A stretch of DNA of 64,000 nucleotides from a virus. The notes under the pieces were generated by a model. It was given only the letters and a program-made list of their open reading frames with translations, did not search any database and was not told the DNA's origin. The DNA is taken from positions 99,886-163,885 of IMG/VR virus record IMGVR_UViG_3300005805_000045. One strand, 5' to 3'. This document shows, in pieces, positions 8,209 to 17,169 of the stretch. Made by a program: the position numbers and the translations under genes. Positions within the stretch are counted from its first letter, which is position 1. The number at the start of each line of letters is the position of its first letter.

Positions 8209-8852
8209 TAGGCTGCTGCCTTGAGGTTCTTGTTGAGCTGATAGTCCACCGACTCGATGGCGTCCTTCATCAACCCTTCGGTGTCGATCTCGGGAGCATC
8301 GGTGCGCTCACAATTGTAAGCCCACACCCAAGCCATATCACGATGATTCTTGTAGACCTTGCCGTTTTTGGCAACAGTGTCAACCATCACATCGGACAGG
8401 GCGATGCCGAGCTTGGTGGCCACGGAGCGACGATAGCCCCAGCCGTTTTCACGCTCGATCATAACGATAACCTTGCCCTTGGTACCTTTCTTGACCTTAC
8501 GGCCAGCGACGACCTCGACCGTGCAACCCTTCTCAATACGATAAGCACGTGCCTTCTCGGCATTCAGGCGCTTCGAATACTCGATGGTGATCAGATACTC
8601 ACGGTAAGCCTTGAGCACCGCCTTGGTCGCATCGACCTCAGCGTAGGAATTGGAATCCCAGGTGTAGTCGCAGAAGCGGATATAGACTTCTTTGGGCTGC
8701 TTGGTAGCCTTGTCCCAAACGAGAGCCTTGTCAGCCCCACCCCAAACGTCGGACATAATACGGTAATCGACGTTCTTGGTAACCTGGAGGACCAGACCCT
8801 TGTATTCAACGGACTTGAGCGAGCCGTCGGCATTCAGGAAGTGGATAGCCAT
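8208..8852 (-). CDS. early hypothetical protein with possible KOW/SH3-like motif
   Basis: IEKGCTVEVVAGRKVKKGTKGKV; AAGGA RBS; promoter upstream. Confidence 0.75.
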   Translation of the reverse strand: MAIHFLNADGSLKSVEYKGLVLQVTKNVDYRIMSDVWGGADKALVWDKATKQPKEVYIRFCDYTWDSNSYAEVDATKAVLKAYREYLITIEYSKRLNAEKARAYRIEKGCTVEVVAGRKVKKGTKGKVIVMIERENGWGYRRSVATKLGIALSDVMVDTVAKNGKVYKNHRDMAWVWAYNCERTDAPEIDTEGLMKDAIESVDYQLNKNLKAAA

Positions 8853-8885
8853 GTGCTAGGTTCCTTGTTCGCTGTTGATGGTGTA

Positions 8886-8951
8886 ATCATACTGGTTTCT
8901 GGAAAGAAAGCAACGCATACCTTTGCATATCAGGCATGCGTTGGATGCATG
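8886..8951 (-). promoter_or_regulatory. early promoter with GCAT-N7-ATGC operator, copy 2
   Basis: TTGCTT-16-TATGAT; palindrome at 8925-8939. Confidence 0.7.
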
Positions 8952-8953
8952 GC

Positions 8954-9253
8954 TCAGCGGAGGTATGCCACACCATAGGGACCGAGAGCACGACCCCAGG
9001 AATAATCAGGGTCAAACACCGAGCCACGGACATGCTTGGCTGGAGCCTTCCAACTGGCAGGCTTGTAGATATTACCCTTCTGGTCGATGAAACAGTATAC
9101 TGACCGTGATCCATGCGACTCGTCTACAACCTTGATATACTTGCGACCAGGCTCAGCCGTCAGTTTGACCGTGGTACCACGGCGATCCGACATATGCTTG
9201 GAGAGCACGGCAAGCATCTGGTCAAGAAAGTCAGAAGTCAGATTGTTCGTCAT
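8954..9253 (-). CDS. conserved early phage hypothetical protein
   Basis: GRKYIKV...SVYCFID..GNIYKPASWKAPAK..RG. Confidence 0.75.
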   Translation of the reverse strand: MTNNLTSDFLDQMLAVLSKHMSDRRGTTVKLTAEPGRKYIKVVDESHGSRSVYCFIDQKGNIYKPASWKAPAKHVRGSVFDPDYSWGRALGPYGVAYLR

Positions 9254-9275
9254 AAGTTGTTCCTTCGTTGTCAGG

Positions 9276-9557
9276 TTAAAAGTAGGTGCGATGGCTTTTG
9301 ATTTTCCACCGTTCAACGATCCACTCGCCATTCGCATCCTCGTCCACGATAACATAAGCAACGGTTTCCATAACCCTTGCCATACGGGTCTCACCGAGCG
9401 GACCCACATAGATCACGTGGTCAAACCTTTGCTTATCCTTTCGGCCGTTGATGTAGGCCATGACTCCATTCTGGGTGTGGTTATACTCAAAGAATTTACC
9501 AAACTCCACTTCCTTGAAGCAGCCGACAGACTGGTAAGCATTGGGAGCATAAGCCAT
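9276..9557 (-). CDS. early hypothetical protein
   Basis: AAGGAG RBS; ORF. Confidence 0.7.
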   Translation of the reverse strand: MAYAPNAYQSVGCFKEVEFGKFFEYNHTQNGVMAYINGRKDKQRFDHVIYVGPLGETRMARVMETVAYVIVDEDANGEWIVERWKIKSHRTYF

Positions 9558-9570
9558 GTGAGAAATCTCC

Positions 9571-9891
9571 TTATCGGATGTCGGTGTTGAGACGGGGTTT
9601 CAGGGTTCGGATCAGGTCACGTTCGATGGTGTGGGCTTCGGCTTTGCCACGAACAACCTCGAGGACTTCGACCGTGAAAGCATCACGACCGTACTTGCGA
9701 ATTGCTCTGCATAATGCCCAATTACGACCCTCAGTCATAGCCCGCTGGACATGCTTGCGCCAACGACGGCTGAGGCTCTTGGACGGGGACTTGTTCTCCA
9801 CATACGTAACGCCGATATAGATCAGATCACGCACTACCAACTGGTAGACGATGTGGTTGCGGTCGACCCGCTTTTTGCGTCGTTTGATCAT
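9571..9891 (-). CDS. stand-alone GIY-YIG nuclease domain protein
   Basis: IVYQL...YIGVT, RWRKH, AIRKYG, conserved E and LN. Confidence 0.7.
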   Translation of the reverse strand: MIKRRKKRVDRNHIVYQLVVRDLIYIGVTYVENKSPSKSLSRRWRKHVQRAMTEGRNWALCRAIRKYGRDAFTVEVLEVVRGKAEAHTIERDLIRTLKPRLNTDIR

Positions 9892-9897
9892 GGTTCC

Positions 9898-9925
9898 AGT
9901 ATACTGGTCTGGAATCGAAAGTCAA
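9898..9925 (-). promoter_or_regulatory. sigma70-type early promoter
   Basis: TTGACT-16-TATACT with an AT-rich UP-like region; ATG 6 nt downstream. Confidence 0.75.
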
Positions 9926-9984
9926 CCAGGGAAAGTAAAAAATTATTGCTTTTTTTGACCAGATCGTAGAATTTTTTTCTCAAC

Positions 9985-10013
9985 AAAAAGAGGGGTACTG
10001 ATTGTACCCCTCT
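9985..10013 (-). terminator. intrinsic terminator
   Basis: AGAGGGGTAC/GTACCCCTCT 10-bp stem followed by a U tract. Confidence 0.85.
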
Positions 10014-10022
10014 GTATCAAGA

Positions 10023-10199
10023 TCATCTGTGTCGGTGAAAATCATCTACCTCGTCATAATCGGTTTCATGTTCGTGCCACGCTCGTTTCCAGTTCTTTGT
10101 TTCACGACGCCTGGGCGAATCTTTCTTTTTCGCTTTTCTCATGTAATCTTCATCTTCATCATAATATTCATAACTGTCGGTGCGATTATGACGCTTCAT
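10023..10199 (-). CDS. small charged hypothetical protein (58 aa)
   Basis: MKRHNRTDSYEYYDEDED...; fills the gap before the terminator. Confidence 0.6.
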   Translation of the reverse strand: MKRHNRTDSYEYYDEDEDYMRKAKKKDSPRRRETKNWKRAWHEHETDYDEVDDFHRHR

Positions 10200-10223
10200 G
10201 GTAGTTCTTTGTCCTTCTTTCTG

Positions 10224-10655
10224 TTATGTTGTGATCAAATCAGGGAATGCTGATTTTACCATCATTGGGGTTAGTCCTTTCACATTTTGTTTTTTGAGGA
10301 GCATGTTGGCAAAGATTTCTGCCTCTCTAGCTTCAAGACATTCCAAAATTTGAATTAGAATTTGCTTACGTCTACTCTCCGAGAGATTTGCACTGGCTCT
10401 TGGATTGTTCTCTTGAAACAGATACACACGACTCAATTCTTGATGAATAGAGGAGTAGCCAAGACCTGGTGGTGCATCTGACTTTTTGTATGGGGGAATC
10501 TCTTTGACGTTGAACTTGATGTTGTGATCATATGTGCCCTGGAGTATATTTCGAAGGGCATAACTGGAGTTATTTCGAAGCACATCAATCTTATCATCAA
10601 CTGTTTCTGCTTTTTCAAACTCATCAAAGACTTCATAGATATTTTTCATTGTCAT
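10224..10655 (-). CDS. conserved T4-like phage protein downstream of rnh
   Basis: PPYK....P.G...RRKQILIQILE.L...EAE; synteny. Confidence 0.75.
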   Translation of the reverse strand: MTMKNIYEVFDEFEKAETVDDKIDVLRNNSSYALRNILQGTYDHNIKFNVKEIPPYKKSDAPPGLGYSSIHQELSRVYLFQENNPRASANLSESRRKQILIQILECLEAREAEIFANMLLKKQNVKGLTPMMVKSAFPDLITT

Positions 10656-10658
10656 TCC

Positions 10659-11510
10659 TTAAAATTCATCAGCCACTTCCACAAGTGCTTTGAGCTTATT
10701 CTGTATGAAATAATTTAGCATGTTGGATTTTGTGCTTGGTTTGGTTGTCTCGAAGGCTTCGACGATCTTCTGTTTGATCATATCTGGTACATAGTCTAGA
10801 TCGACAAGCATTTGGTTCCGCTTGTAGCCTCGTTGCATAACTTCAGTGGTACAGAACGTCTCTGGGCTACTGTTGATCCATTCTGTAAGTTTCTTCTTAT
10901 TTATTACTTTTTGACGTTCTCCAGCGACGAATGTGTTGTCAGGTGAAAGAAAATTTGGAATGCCGTCACCACGATCACCCTTGATGATATGTTCCTTCAC
11001 GAACATGTGAGGATCTTCGGTACGAATGAATCGCTTGAGGATCGGGCTGTATTGCGTGACGTTCTTGTACTTCTGAAGTTGAACGAAGTCCTTGTCTGAC
11101 GACAGGATCAACACATCTTCGCTGACTGAATATCGAGCAGCCAACACCGCAATAATGTCATCAGCCTCAGCACCCTCGACCTCGAGAACACGGTATGGGA
11201 AATATACTTTGAGTTCATCACGAATCTTATTGAGGCATTCGAAGATCAAGTTCCAATCAAACTCCGAAGCATCACGACTCTTGCGTCGATTGGACTTATA
11301 GAAGGGAAATACGTCACGTCGCCAATACTTCTTAGAGTCGCAGCAAATGACGACGTTGCCATACTTTGATTTGAATTGACGAATGTAAGATCGAAGACTG
11401 TTGAGAACGATATGCCGAACGAGGTCTTCCTCGATCTTGGCTTTGGGATCACTGTTGATGTGCATCATTAGATTGGAAATGAGTACTTGATTTAGGTCCA
11501 CTAAGATCAT
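10659..11510 (-). CDS. rnh: T4-like RNase H / 5'-3' exonuclease
   Basis: YWRRD.FP.YK.NR, EADDII, SSDKDF.QL, GD.GDGIPN. Confidence 0.95.
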   Translation of the reverse strand: MILVDLNQVLISNLMMHINSDPKAKIEEDLVRHIVLNSLRSYIRQFKSKYGNVVICCDSKKYWRRDVFPFYKSNRRKSRDASEFDWNLIFECLNKIRDELKVYFPYRVLEVEGAEADDIIAVLAARYSVSEDVLILSSDKDFVQLQKYKNVTQYSPILKRFIRTEDPHMFVKEHIIKGDRGDGIPNFLSPDNTFVAGERQKVINKKKLTEWINSSPETFCTTEVMQRGYKRNQMLVDLDYVPDMIKQKIVEAFETTKPSTKSNMLNYFIQNKLKALVEVADEF

Positions 11511-11560
11511 TGTTTTGTTCGCTTTCCTATACATGTTTATGAATTATATAGCATTACATG

Positions 11561-11905
11561 TTAGATGTCAAGCGTATCCTCTGTTGTTTCTTTGAGAATC
11601 ATTTCCACTGTCTTTACATAGTCGTCAAGGAATGGATGCATCTCATGATGGATTTTTAGTGATCGATAAACAGCCGCAGATAGGACTGTAAGAGCAAAGT
11701 GTAAATCTCGTTTTACAGCATCCTGTTCTCTTTCCAGACCATAGTTGTCAATCTCACTTATGATCAAATTGGTAAGTTCATCTACCGTGGTGTCGGCATA
11801 GTTCCTTACACTCTTTTCTTGTGCTTTCTTTAGGTCTTCAACATCGTTTATTGCTTCTCGGACGATCTTGTCTTTAGGAAAAAGTAGTATGTTGTTGGTT
11901 GTCAT
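11561..11905 (-). CDS. hypothetical protein
   Basis: ORF; ATGA overlap. Confidence 0.7.
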   Translation of the reverse strand: MTTNNILLFPKDKIVREAINDVEDLKKAQEKSVRNYADTTVDELTNLIISEIDNYGLEREQDAVKRDLHFALTVLSAAVYRSLKIHHEMHPFLDDYVKTVEMILKETTEDTLDI

Positions 11906-12993
11906 TTGATAGCCCTTAGGAGTACCACTTCATTATTTATGCGTCCCTTTGCTGCTACGTCACGGGTCTTGATTGTTTTCATAAGATTTCGAAGTGTTAC
12001 TTTACCACCATCGACTACTTGTGGTAGAATTTGATCTGGTTTACGCAACTTCTTTGTGATAGAGGTCTTCTCGTCGAAGCCCAGGACTGTAGATCCTTTG
12101 ACTGACAGACCAGCATGGCTCATGGCATTTAGCACCGTGAGTGCCCGAGTTTTCGTATTGAACACCCATAGTTGTTGGGCACCAATAATCTCTGTAGCCT
12201 TGATACTGGCAATCTTGAATGCTTCGTCATTGGTCTTGAACTTGAGTTTTGACACAAGCACACCAGCAGGCTTCTCTTTCCTCTTGCGTGGCTTGCGAGA
12301 CTTCTTGATTTGTGTCTGGACAATCACCGCCTGCGTGTCAGCAGCCGAGATGATAGCCTTGACAAATTCCATATACTTCTTGATTTGAGATTTCTTGAGA
12401 TGTGAGTAAGCATCACGGAGCTCCTTATCGGTACCCTTGTATGCGTCAAACAACTCCGAATAGAGTGGATTGTAATATTCAACAATCTTCTTGGCAATCT
12501 GAGGCTTCACAGCCTGCTTTTGCATCCACTCGACAATATCGAAATCATTCTTGCCGTTGTTGATAAAGATGTCAACCTGGTCTTCGAGGAGAGCAATCAA
12601 GTTACCAGCACGGGCGTTGATACGATCTTGGATAGAAATGACTTGTCGAGTTTCAACAACCACTTCCTCTTCTTGTTCTTTAGGAGTCAAGGCCTCGAGC
12701 TTGAACCACATAGACTTCTCAAGCCCGACTGGCAAAGAACCACCGTTAGTAAGAATACGGCAGTTCCAGCCAATCGTGCGGAGCTTGTGAGCATCGACCT
12801 TTGCTAGTCGCTTCGCAAGCTCCTTCTTCTTTACGGACTTGAGATATGATAACACAAAGCCTTTCGCATCATCCGAATCATGATAATAGTTGAACCAATT
12901 CCAAGCACGAATGACCTCACCATCAGTGGAGTTCACCGACAGAGTTGGTTCATCACCATGAAACTGATTGTCAATGCTAAGGCGCTTAGTCAC
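11902..12993 (-). CDS. conserved T4-like phage hypothetical protein
   Basis: C-terminal QLWVFNTKTR.L...VKGS...KKLRKP...GRIN. Confidence 0.8.
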   Translation of the reverse strand: MTKRLSIDNQFHGDEPTLSVNSTDGEVIRAWNWFNYYHDSDDAKGFVLSYLKSVKKKELAKRLAKVDAHKLRTIGWNCRILTNGGSLPVGLEKSMWFKLEALTPKEQEEEVVVETRQVISIQDRINARAGNLIALLEDQVDIFINNGKNDFDIVEWMQKQAVKPQIAKKIVEYYNPLYSELFDAYKGTDKELRDAYSHLKKSQIKKYMEFVKAIISAADTQAVIVQTQIKKSRKPRKRKEKPAGVLVSKLKFKTNDEAFKIASIKATEIIGAQQLWVFNTKTRALTVLNAMSHAGLSVKGSTVLGFDEKTSITKKLRKPDQILPQVVDGGKVTLRNLMKTIKTRDVAAKGRINNEVVLLRAIK

Positions 12994-13228
12994 CGTCTTG
13001 CTCCTTCAGTTCAGCAATCTTCTCTTGGAGAGTTTTCTCTTTCCAGTGCTTACGAGGATTGCCGCACATATGGCATGAACATCTCTGCCTGTTTTCGGCT
13101 CGACGACATACCTGTTCGGCAAACTTTTCTGGATCAGTTTCTCGATAATAGTCTAGATCACGGAACTCCTCAGTTCGCTTTTTCATCCGATTGTGATGGT
13201 GTCTGCGTTCTGCCCGAGTTCTTGCCAT
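12986..13228 (-). CDS. small basic protein with CSCxxCGNPR motif
   Basis: RAERRHH...CSCHMCGNPRK. Confidence 0.7.
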   Translation of the reverse strand: MARTRAERRHHHNRMKKRTEEFRDLDYYRETDPEKFAEQVCRRAENRQRCSCHMCGNPRKHWKEKTLQEKIAELKEQDGD

Positions 13229-13320
13229 TAGTGCTTCCGATTTAGCCGACGATTCCGACGCTTCTTTGAACCAACTTTACGTCGTCCAGTACGTGGACGA
13301 TTTTTGTGTGGATGAGGCAT
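13228..13320 (-). CDS. 30-aa Arg/Lys-rich peptide
   Basis: MPHPHKNRPRTGRRKVGSKKRRNRRLNRKH; AAAGGA RBS; TAATG coupling. Confidence 0.7.
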   Translation of the reverse strand: MPHPHKNRPRTGRRKVGSKKRRNRRLNRKH

Positions 13321-13335
13321 AATAAGTTCCTTTTA

Positions 13336-13614
13336 TTATTGAACAACGCTATCATAACGAACAGACTTCACCTTGTCAAGTCTAAACGACCGCCAACCAT
13401 TATTATCTAGATCCCATACGGAGATGGTATCAGGATTTTCCTTGCGAGTAGATTCCTTTTTTTCGACGACAGGCAAATGTTGCGAGGCTAGTGTGCATCG
13501 CATGGTACGCATCGATCCATCCTTCTTTTCGGAAAACACAGTCATCACCCATTCACGCAAATCGGACTTGAGTGTATCACGATCATAACCAACAGCCGCA
13601 TCATTCATCATCAT
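13336..13614 (-). CDS. WYL-like/SH3-fold protein
   Basis: KKDGSMRTMRCTL...VWDLDNNGWRSFRLD. Confidence 0.8.
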   Translation of the reverse strand: MMMNDAAVGYDRDTLKSDLREWVMTVFSEKKDGSMRTMRCTLASQHLPVVEKKESTRKENPDTISVWDLDNNGWRSFRLDKVKSVRYDSVVQ

Positions 13615-13861
13615 ACTCCTTCATGATTTCAGGGAACAGTTCACGCATACGTGGTGACTTAAACATCATGTCACCAACATAACTCTGTAGAAGATAAGTC
13701 AAAATTAAAGATAGAGTAGGAATATAACTCAATTTAGTTCCTAAAAAGAATATTGAGAACGAACTTACAAAGATCGACATATAGATGGCAAAGAAACAGA
13801 TTTCTAGACAGAAACTAAGAATAGCCACTTTGGCTCGATCTATTCGAATATCGTCACTCAC
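13601..13861 (-). CDS. small membrane protein
   Basis: two hydrophobic segments. Confidence 0.6.
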   Translation of the reverse strand: MSDDIRIDRAKVAILSFCLEICFFAIYMSIFVSSFSIFFLGTKLSYIPTLSLILTYLLQSYVGDMMFKSPRMRELFPEIMKEYDDE

Positions 13862-14147
13862 CGCCTTTAGCCTTTCTCAATTGCTGCTTCAGAGCATCAA
13901 TCTGCGAGATCAAACTTATATAGTCACGCAAGTCCTCATAGCCACCAATGTGCTCGCCATCAATAAAGATTTGTGGCAATGTCAATCGATCTGGCTTTCC
14001 TGGTATTTTCTCACGCAACTCTTCACGAGTAAAGTCCGTTTTGAACTTGAGTTCTGTATATGTGATGCTATTGGATTGAAGGAGTTCTTTAGCCTTGTCA
14101 CACCATGGACAAGTGTCTTTGCTGTATAGAATAACCGTTTCACTCAT
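13854..14147 (-). CDS. glutaredoxin
   Basis: CPWC, TLPQIFIDGEHIGG; TATAAATA at 14169-14176. Confidence 0.93.
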   Translation of the reverse strand: MSETVILYSKDTCPWCDKAKELLQSNSITYTELKFKTDFTREELREKIPGKPDRLTLPQIFIDGEHIGGYEDLRDYISLISQIDALKQQLRKAKGGE

Positions 14148-14171
14148 ATGTGTCTCCACAATAATCCCTAT

Positions 14172-14552
14172 TTATACTTTTCGACCCAGTGACGAGGGTT
14201 CATCGGCATCGGTTACATACATGACTGGACCCTTGTTGTATGCTGGAGCCACCCGAGACTTTTTGCGTTCAGCCTCGACGATTGCTTCCTGACTTTCAAC
14301 GCGGTCTTTGCGCCACTTGTAATCGTCCATTGACCGCTTGAAGCCATTCGAAGGAATAGCATTGGAGAGTGTAGCACCTTTACGGTCTACAGTCAAGTCT
14401 GGAAAACTAACAGGGCTGACCCTCTTCTTGGCAACAGAAGAAATGCCCATCGATGCCAGAAATTTTTGATGTTCCGCCTTTGCTTGCAGGAACTTTCTGG
14501 ATCGATTGGGCTTAGGCTTGCCAGATGATTGACGAACATGGAAAATTGCCAT
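14172..14552 (-). CDS. conserved T4-like hypothetical protein
   Basis: C-terminal APAYNKGP..Y motif. Confidence 0.75.
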   Translation of the reverse strand: MAIFHVRQSSGKPKPNRSRKFLQAKAEHQKFLASMGISSVAKKRVSPVSFPDLTVDRKGATLSNAIPSNGFKRSMDDYKWRKDRVESQEAIVEAERKKSRVAPAYNKGPVMYVTDADEPSSLGRKV

Positions 14553-14554
14553 GA

Positions 14555-14803
14555 TTACACCATATCAGCATAGTCGTTGTTGTCGAAGGGGACGATGGTT
14601 TCCCAGATTTGCTCGGCTTCGTCCCAACGATAGTGACTCAGGTACCAAGAAGCGAGTTCAGCCACAGTATAGTTATACATGTGGCGAGGACGTACATTAT
14701 ACTGGTCCTTGTATGCATCCCACACGATCTGGAAAAGATCATCACGGGACATGTGGACGAGGATGTCAGCAACTTGATCTGTGGTCTTCATGTTTATCTC
14801 CAA
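14555..14803 (-). CDS. early hypothetical protein
   Basis: WDAYKD.Y.VRPR motif. Confidence 0.65.
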   Translation of the reverse strand: MEINMKTTDQVADILVHMSRDDLFQIVWDAYKDQYNVRPRHMYNYTVAELASWYLSHYRWDEAEQIWETIVPFDNNDYADMV

Positions 14804-15256
14804 TTAGACTTGATGCCAGTCGAGCGCAACACCTTGAGCATAACCTACCATGTCACCATCAAGGAATACTGAAAACTCAAATCCTTTGGATCGACCGTAG
14901 TCGATGGCTTCGTCGAGAGTGTCAAACACAACATCGGACAGATATCGGAAGTTGGTCCAATAGAGTTCATACATGATATATCTCCGATTAAGAGCGATCA
15001 CGCCAGTCGGTAATAAGCATAGCCACAGCCACGAACACACCGATTGCCATAACGAGAAGGAAGATACTTGCGAGGATCTGTTCTAGCATTACCAGTCCAC
15101 CTTGTAGCCATCTGCTTCAGGGAAAAGTCTGCGCCAATAGAATGCTTCATCCATCATCGCAGATCCACTCATGCGAGTATACTCTACGGTCTTGACGGTC
15201 TTGCCGTCTTTGGTGATAGTCAAAGTATAGGTACCGTGTTGAAGGAGTTTGGACAT
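14804..15256 (-). other. run of three short early ORFs (15256-15089; 15089 to about 14988, hydrophobic; 14974-14804)
   Basis: RBS AAAGGA and GGAG, TAATG coupling, promoter upstream. Confidence 0.55.
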
Positions 15257-15282
15257 CTCATTTCCTTTCTTTATGACACCAC

Positions 15283-15345
15283 ATTATAGCATGACATGAG
15301 CGATCGCAACACCTATTTTTGCATGGCAGGTATGCATCCATGCAT
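15283..15345 (-). promoter_or_regulatory. early promoter with GCAT-N7-ATGC operator, copy 3
   Basis: TTGCGA-15-TATAAT; palindrome at 15321-15335. Confidence 0.7.
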
Positions 15346-15348
15346 AGT

Positions 15349-15747
15349 TCATTTGAGATGAGTGCGTCGTATCTTGCAGGACACCCAGTAATTGTAGTAT
15401 TGTTCAGAGAGGAGACAGTCTCGGGTAAGTATTTCTTTGGTTTCGTGATACGTACACCAACCCTTTGACTTGCAGAGATGAAGTATTTCTTTGGTAATAC
15501 TGTGACCAGCCAGTATATCTGCGTTGAGTTGTTCGTTGGAACCAGTATAAGTTATCCAGTCCGAAGCAACACGCATTTTCTTTTTCTTCTTGTTTTTCTG
15601 ATAAGATTTTGATTTGGTAAAGAGTTTCTTACCAACATAAGATTTGCCAGAAGTATGATTGCTGATAAGATAGACAAATCCAACATTATCAGCAATCATT
15701 TCTTCAGTAAATGGCTTTCCTTGATATAACCACATAATATACTCCAT
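15349..15747 (-). CDS. GIY-YIG-like conserved T4-like protein
   Basis: GFVYLISN...SYVGKK...SDW..Y.GS...YYN. Confidence 0.75.
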   Translation of the reverse strand: MEYIMWLYQGKPFTEEMIADNVGFVYLISNHTSGKSYVGKKLFTKSKSYQKNKKKKKMRVASDWITYTGSNEQLNADILAGHSITKEILHLCKSKGWCTYHETKEILTRDCLLSEQYYNYWVSCKIRRTHLK

Positions 15748-15764
15748 AATGAATATGGAGATAC

Positions 15765-16298
15765 TTATACTCCGAATTTATGAATCTTGAATTTCTTATC
15801 ACCTTCTTCTACTGTTTTAGCACCAAGATGTTTCAAATTTTGATTTCTAGCAATCAAAACTTCATTTTCGTGGCCACCAAGATGAACGGCTAAAGAGTTT
15901 TCTGGCAACTCAATATGTGCGATATGATGATAACCGTCTTCAGATTTTACAGAATAACCTTTAGCAGAATCTTTGTGTGGTGAAGAAGAAATATATGTAG
16001 GAGTTCTACCATTCTCAATAAGAGATTTGTGCGCATTTCTGCCTAGAGCAGAATACACATTTAGTTTTTTTGGTATTTTATTATTCTCAATAAACCTGTC
16101 AATGTGTTCTACATCTGAATGATTTTTTCCAGATAATAGAGCATCATTGACAGGCTTGCTATTTTTAATATATCTTTTGATTTCTTTCGTATGCTTCGGT
16201 GCACCCAGTTGAACATCAAGTGATTTGCGTCTTTCCAAATGTTTATTGTCATCGGCAGCAAACCAATTTTCGTACAAAAAAGCCTTGAACCCAAGCAT
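15765..16298 (-). CDS. ADP-ribosyltransferase-like protein (Alt/Mod/VIP2 fold) with capsid-targeting-like leader
   Basis: Y...S..VN..L, VYS, YISSS, ENEVLI; leader MLGFKAFLYE. Confidence 0.65.
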   Translation of the reverse strand: MLGFKAFLYENWFAADDNKHLERRKSLDVQLGAPKHTKEIKRYIKNSKPVNDALLSGKNHSDVEHIDRFIENNKIPKKLNVYSALGRNAHKSLIENGRTPTYISSSPHKDSAKGYSVKSEDGYHHIAHIELPENSLAVHLGGHENEVLIARNQNLKHLGAKTVEEGDKKFKIHKFGV

Positions 16299-16326
16299 CG
16301 AAATAATCCTTTAGTTTTGAAAGTAT

Positions 16327-16485
16327 TTATTCTTCCAAATCTTCCTCAACATATTCTTCTGTATTCACTTCCGCAGAGCAGAAAGGACAAAATTTCACGA
16401 ATCCAGAAGTTTCACTCAGATCATAAACGATTCTATATGTAGATTCACATTCGTGGCAAATTTTATTTTCAACTTCTTTTGACAT
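16327..16485 (-). CDS. 52-aa zinc-ribbon protein
   Basis: CHEC...FCPFC plus acidic tail; AGGA RBS. Confidence 0.75.
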   Translation of the reverse strand: MSKEVENKICHECESTYRIVYDLSETSGFVKFCPFCSAEVNTEEYVEEDLEE

Positions 16486-16575
16486 TATTGGTTATTCCTG
16501 ATGCTAAATAGGTGTGGTTCACGATGTTACCAGCATCCAACCACTCTAATACCTGAAACGGAGGTAATCAGCATT

Positions 16576-17169
16576 ATGACTATATATAGAAAGTCTCAGC
16601 CTTTACGAAAAGGTCAACGAGACGGCAAAATTCCTCTTCCAAACAAAATTGAATTTCTTGACTTGTATGAGATTCAAAATAAATCAAGAAAAGACCTTTC
16701 TTTGCATTATGGTGTTCATAAAGGAACCATAGACAACTGGTGTAAAATATTTGGTGCTCAAAAAACAAAACAACAACAAATTGAGATAGCCCTAAAAAAT
16801 ACAAAATTTCACACTAACAGAACTGGTCAATATTCAGAAAATACATTTATAAAATTTCCAGAACTGAAGCATAAAGATGGAATATTCTATGTCGTTCGTA
16901 TGTTTAGTGAAACAGAGTCTTTTTTCAAAATAGGTATCACAACTTCAAGCACTAAGTTACGATACAGAGGTAGATTAAGACATTATAGTTATGAAATTTT
17001 ACATGAGCAAAAGATGAACTTGTATGATGCTTACACACTTGAACAGCAATATAAGCAATCACACAAGTCTCATCGTTATATTCCTCAAATCAAGTTTGGA
17101 GGACACACAGAATGTTATATCTCACAGCCACCTGCTGAACAACTCAACATTTGTACACCTTCGGTGTGA
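16576..17169 (+). mobile_element. free-standing homing-endonuclease-like gene (HTH plus GIY-YIG/T5orf172-type domain)
   Basis: FYVVRM...FFKIGIT...R...E...FGGHTEC; opposite strand, AT-rich, GGAGG RBS, own CTAAATA promoter. Confidence 0.75.

Noticed and set aside
6951-9590. Long plus-strand ORFs (6951-7508, 8178-8978, 9087-9590) and similar shadows such as 30694-30963
   Set aside because: They are antisense shadows of minus-strand genes with biased codon use, and have no RBS or recognisable motifs.
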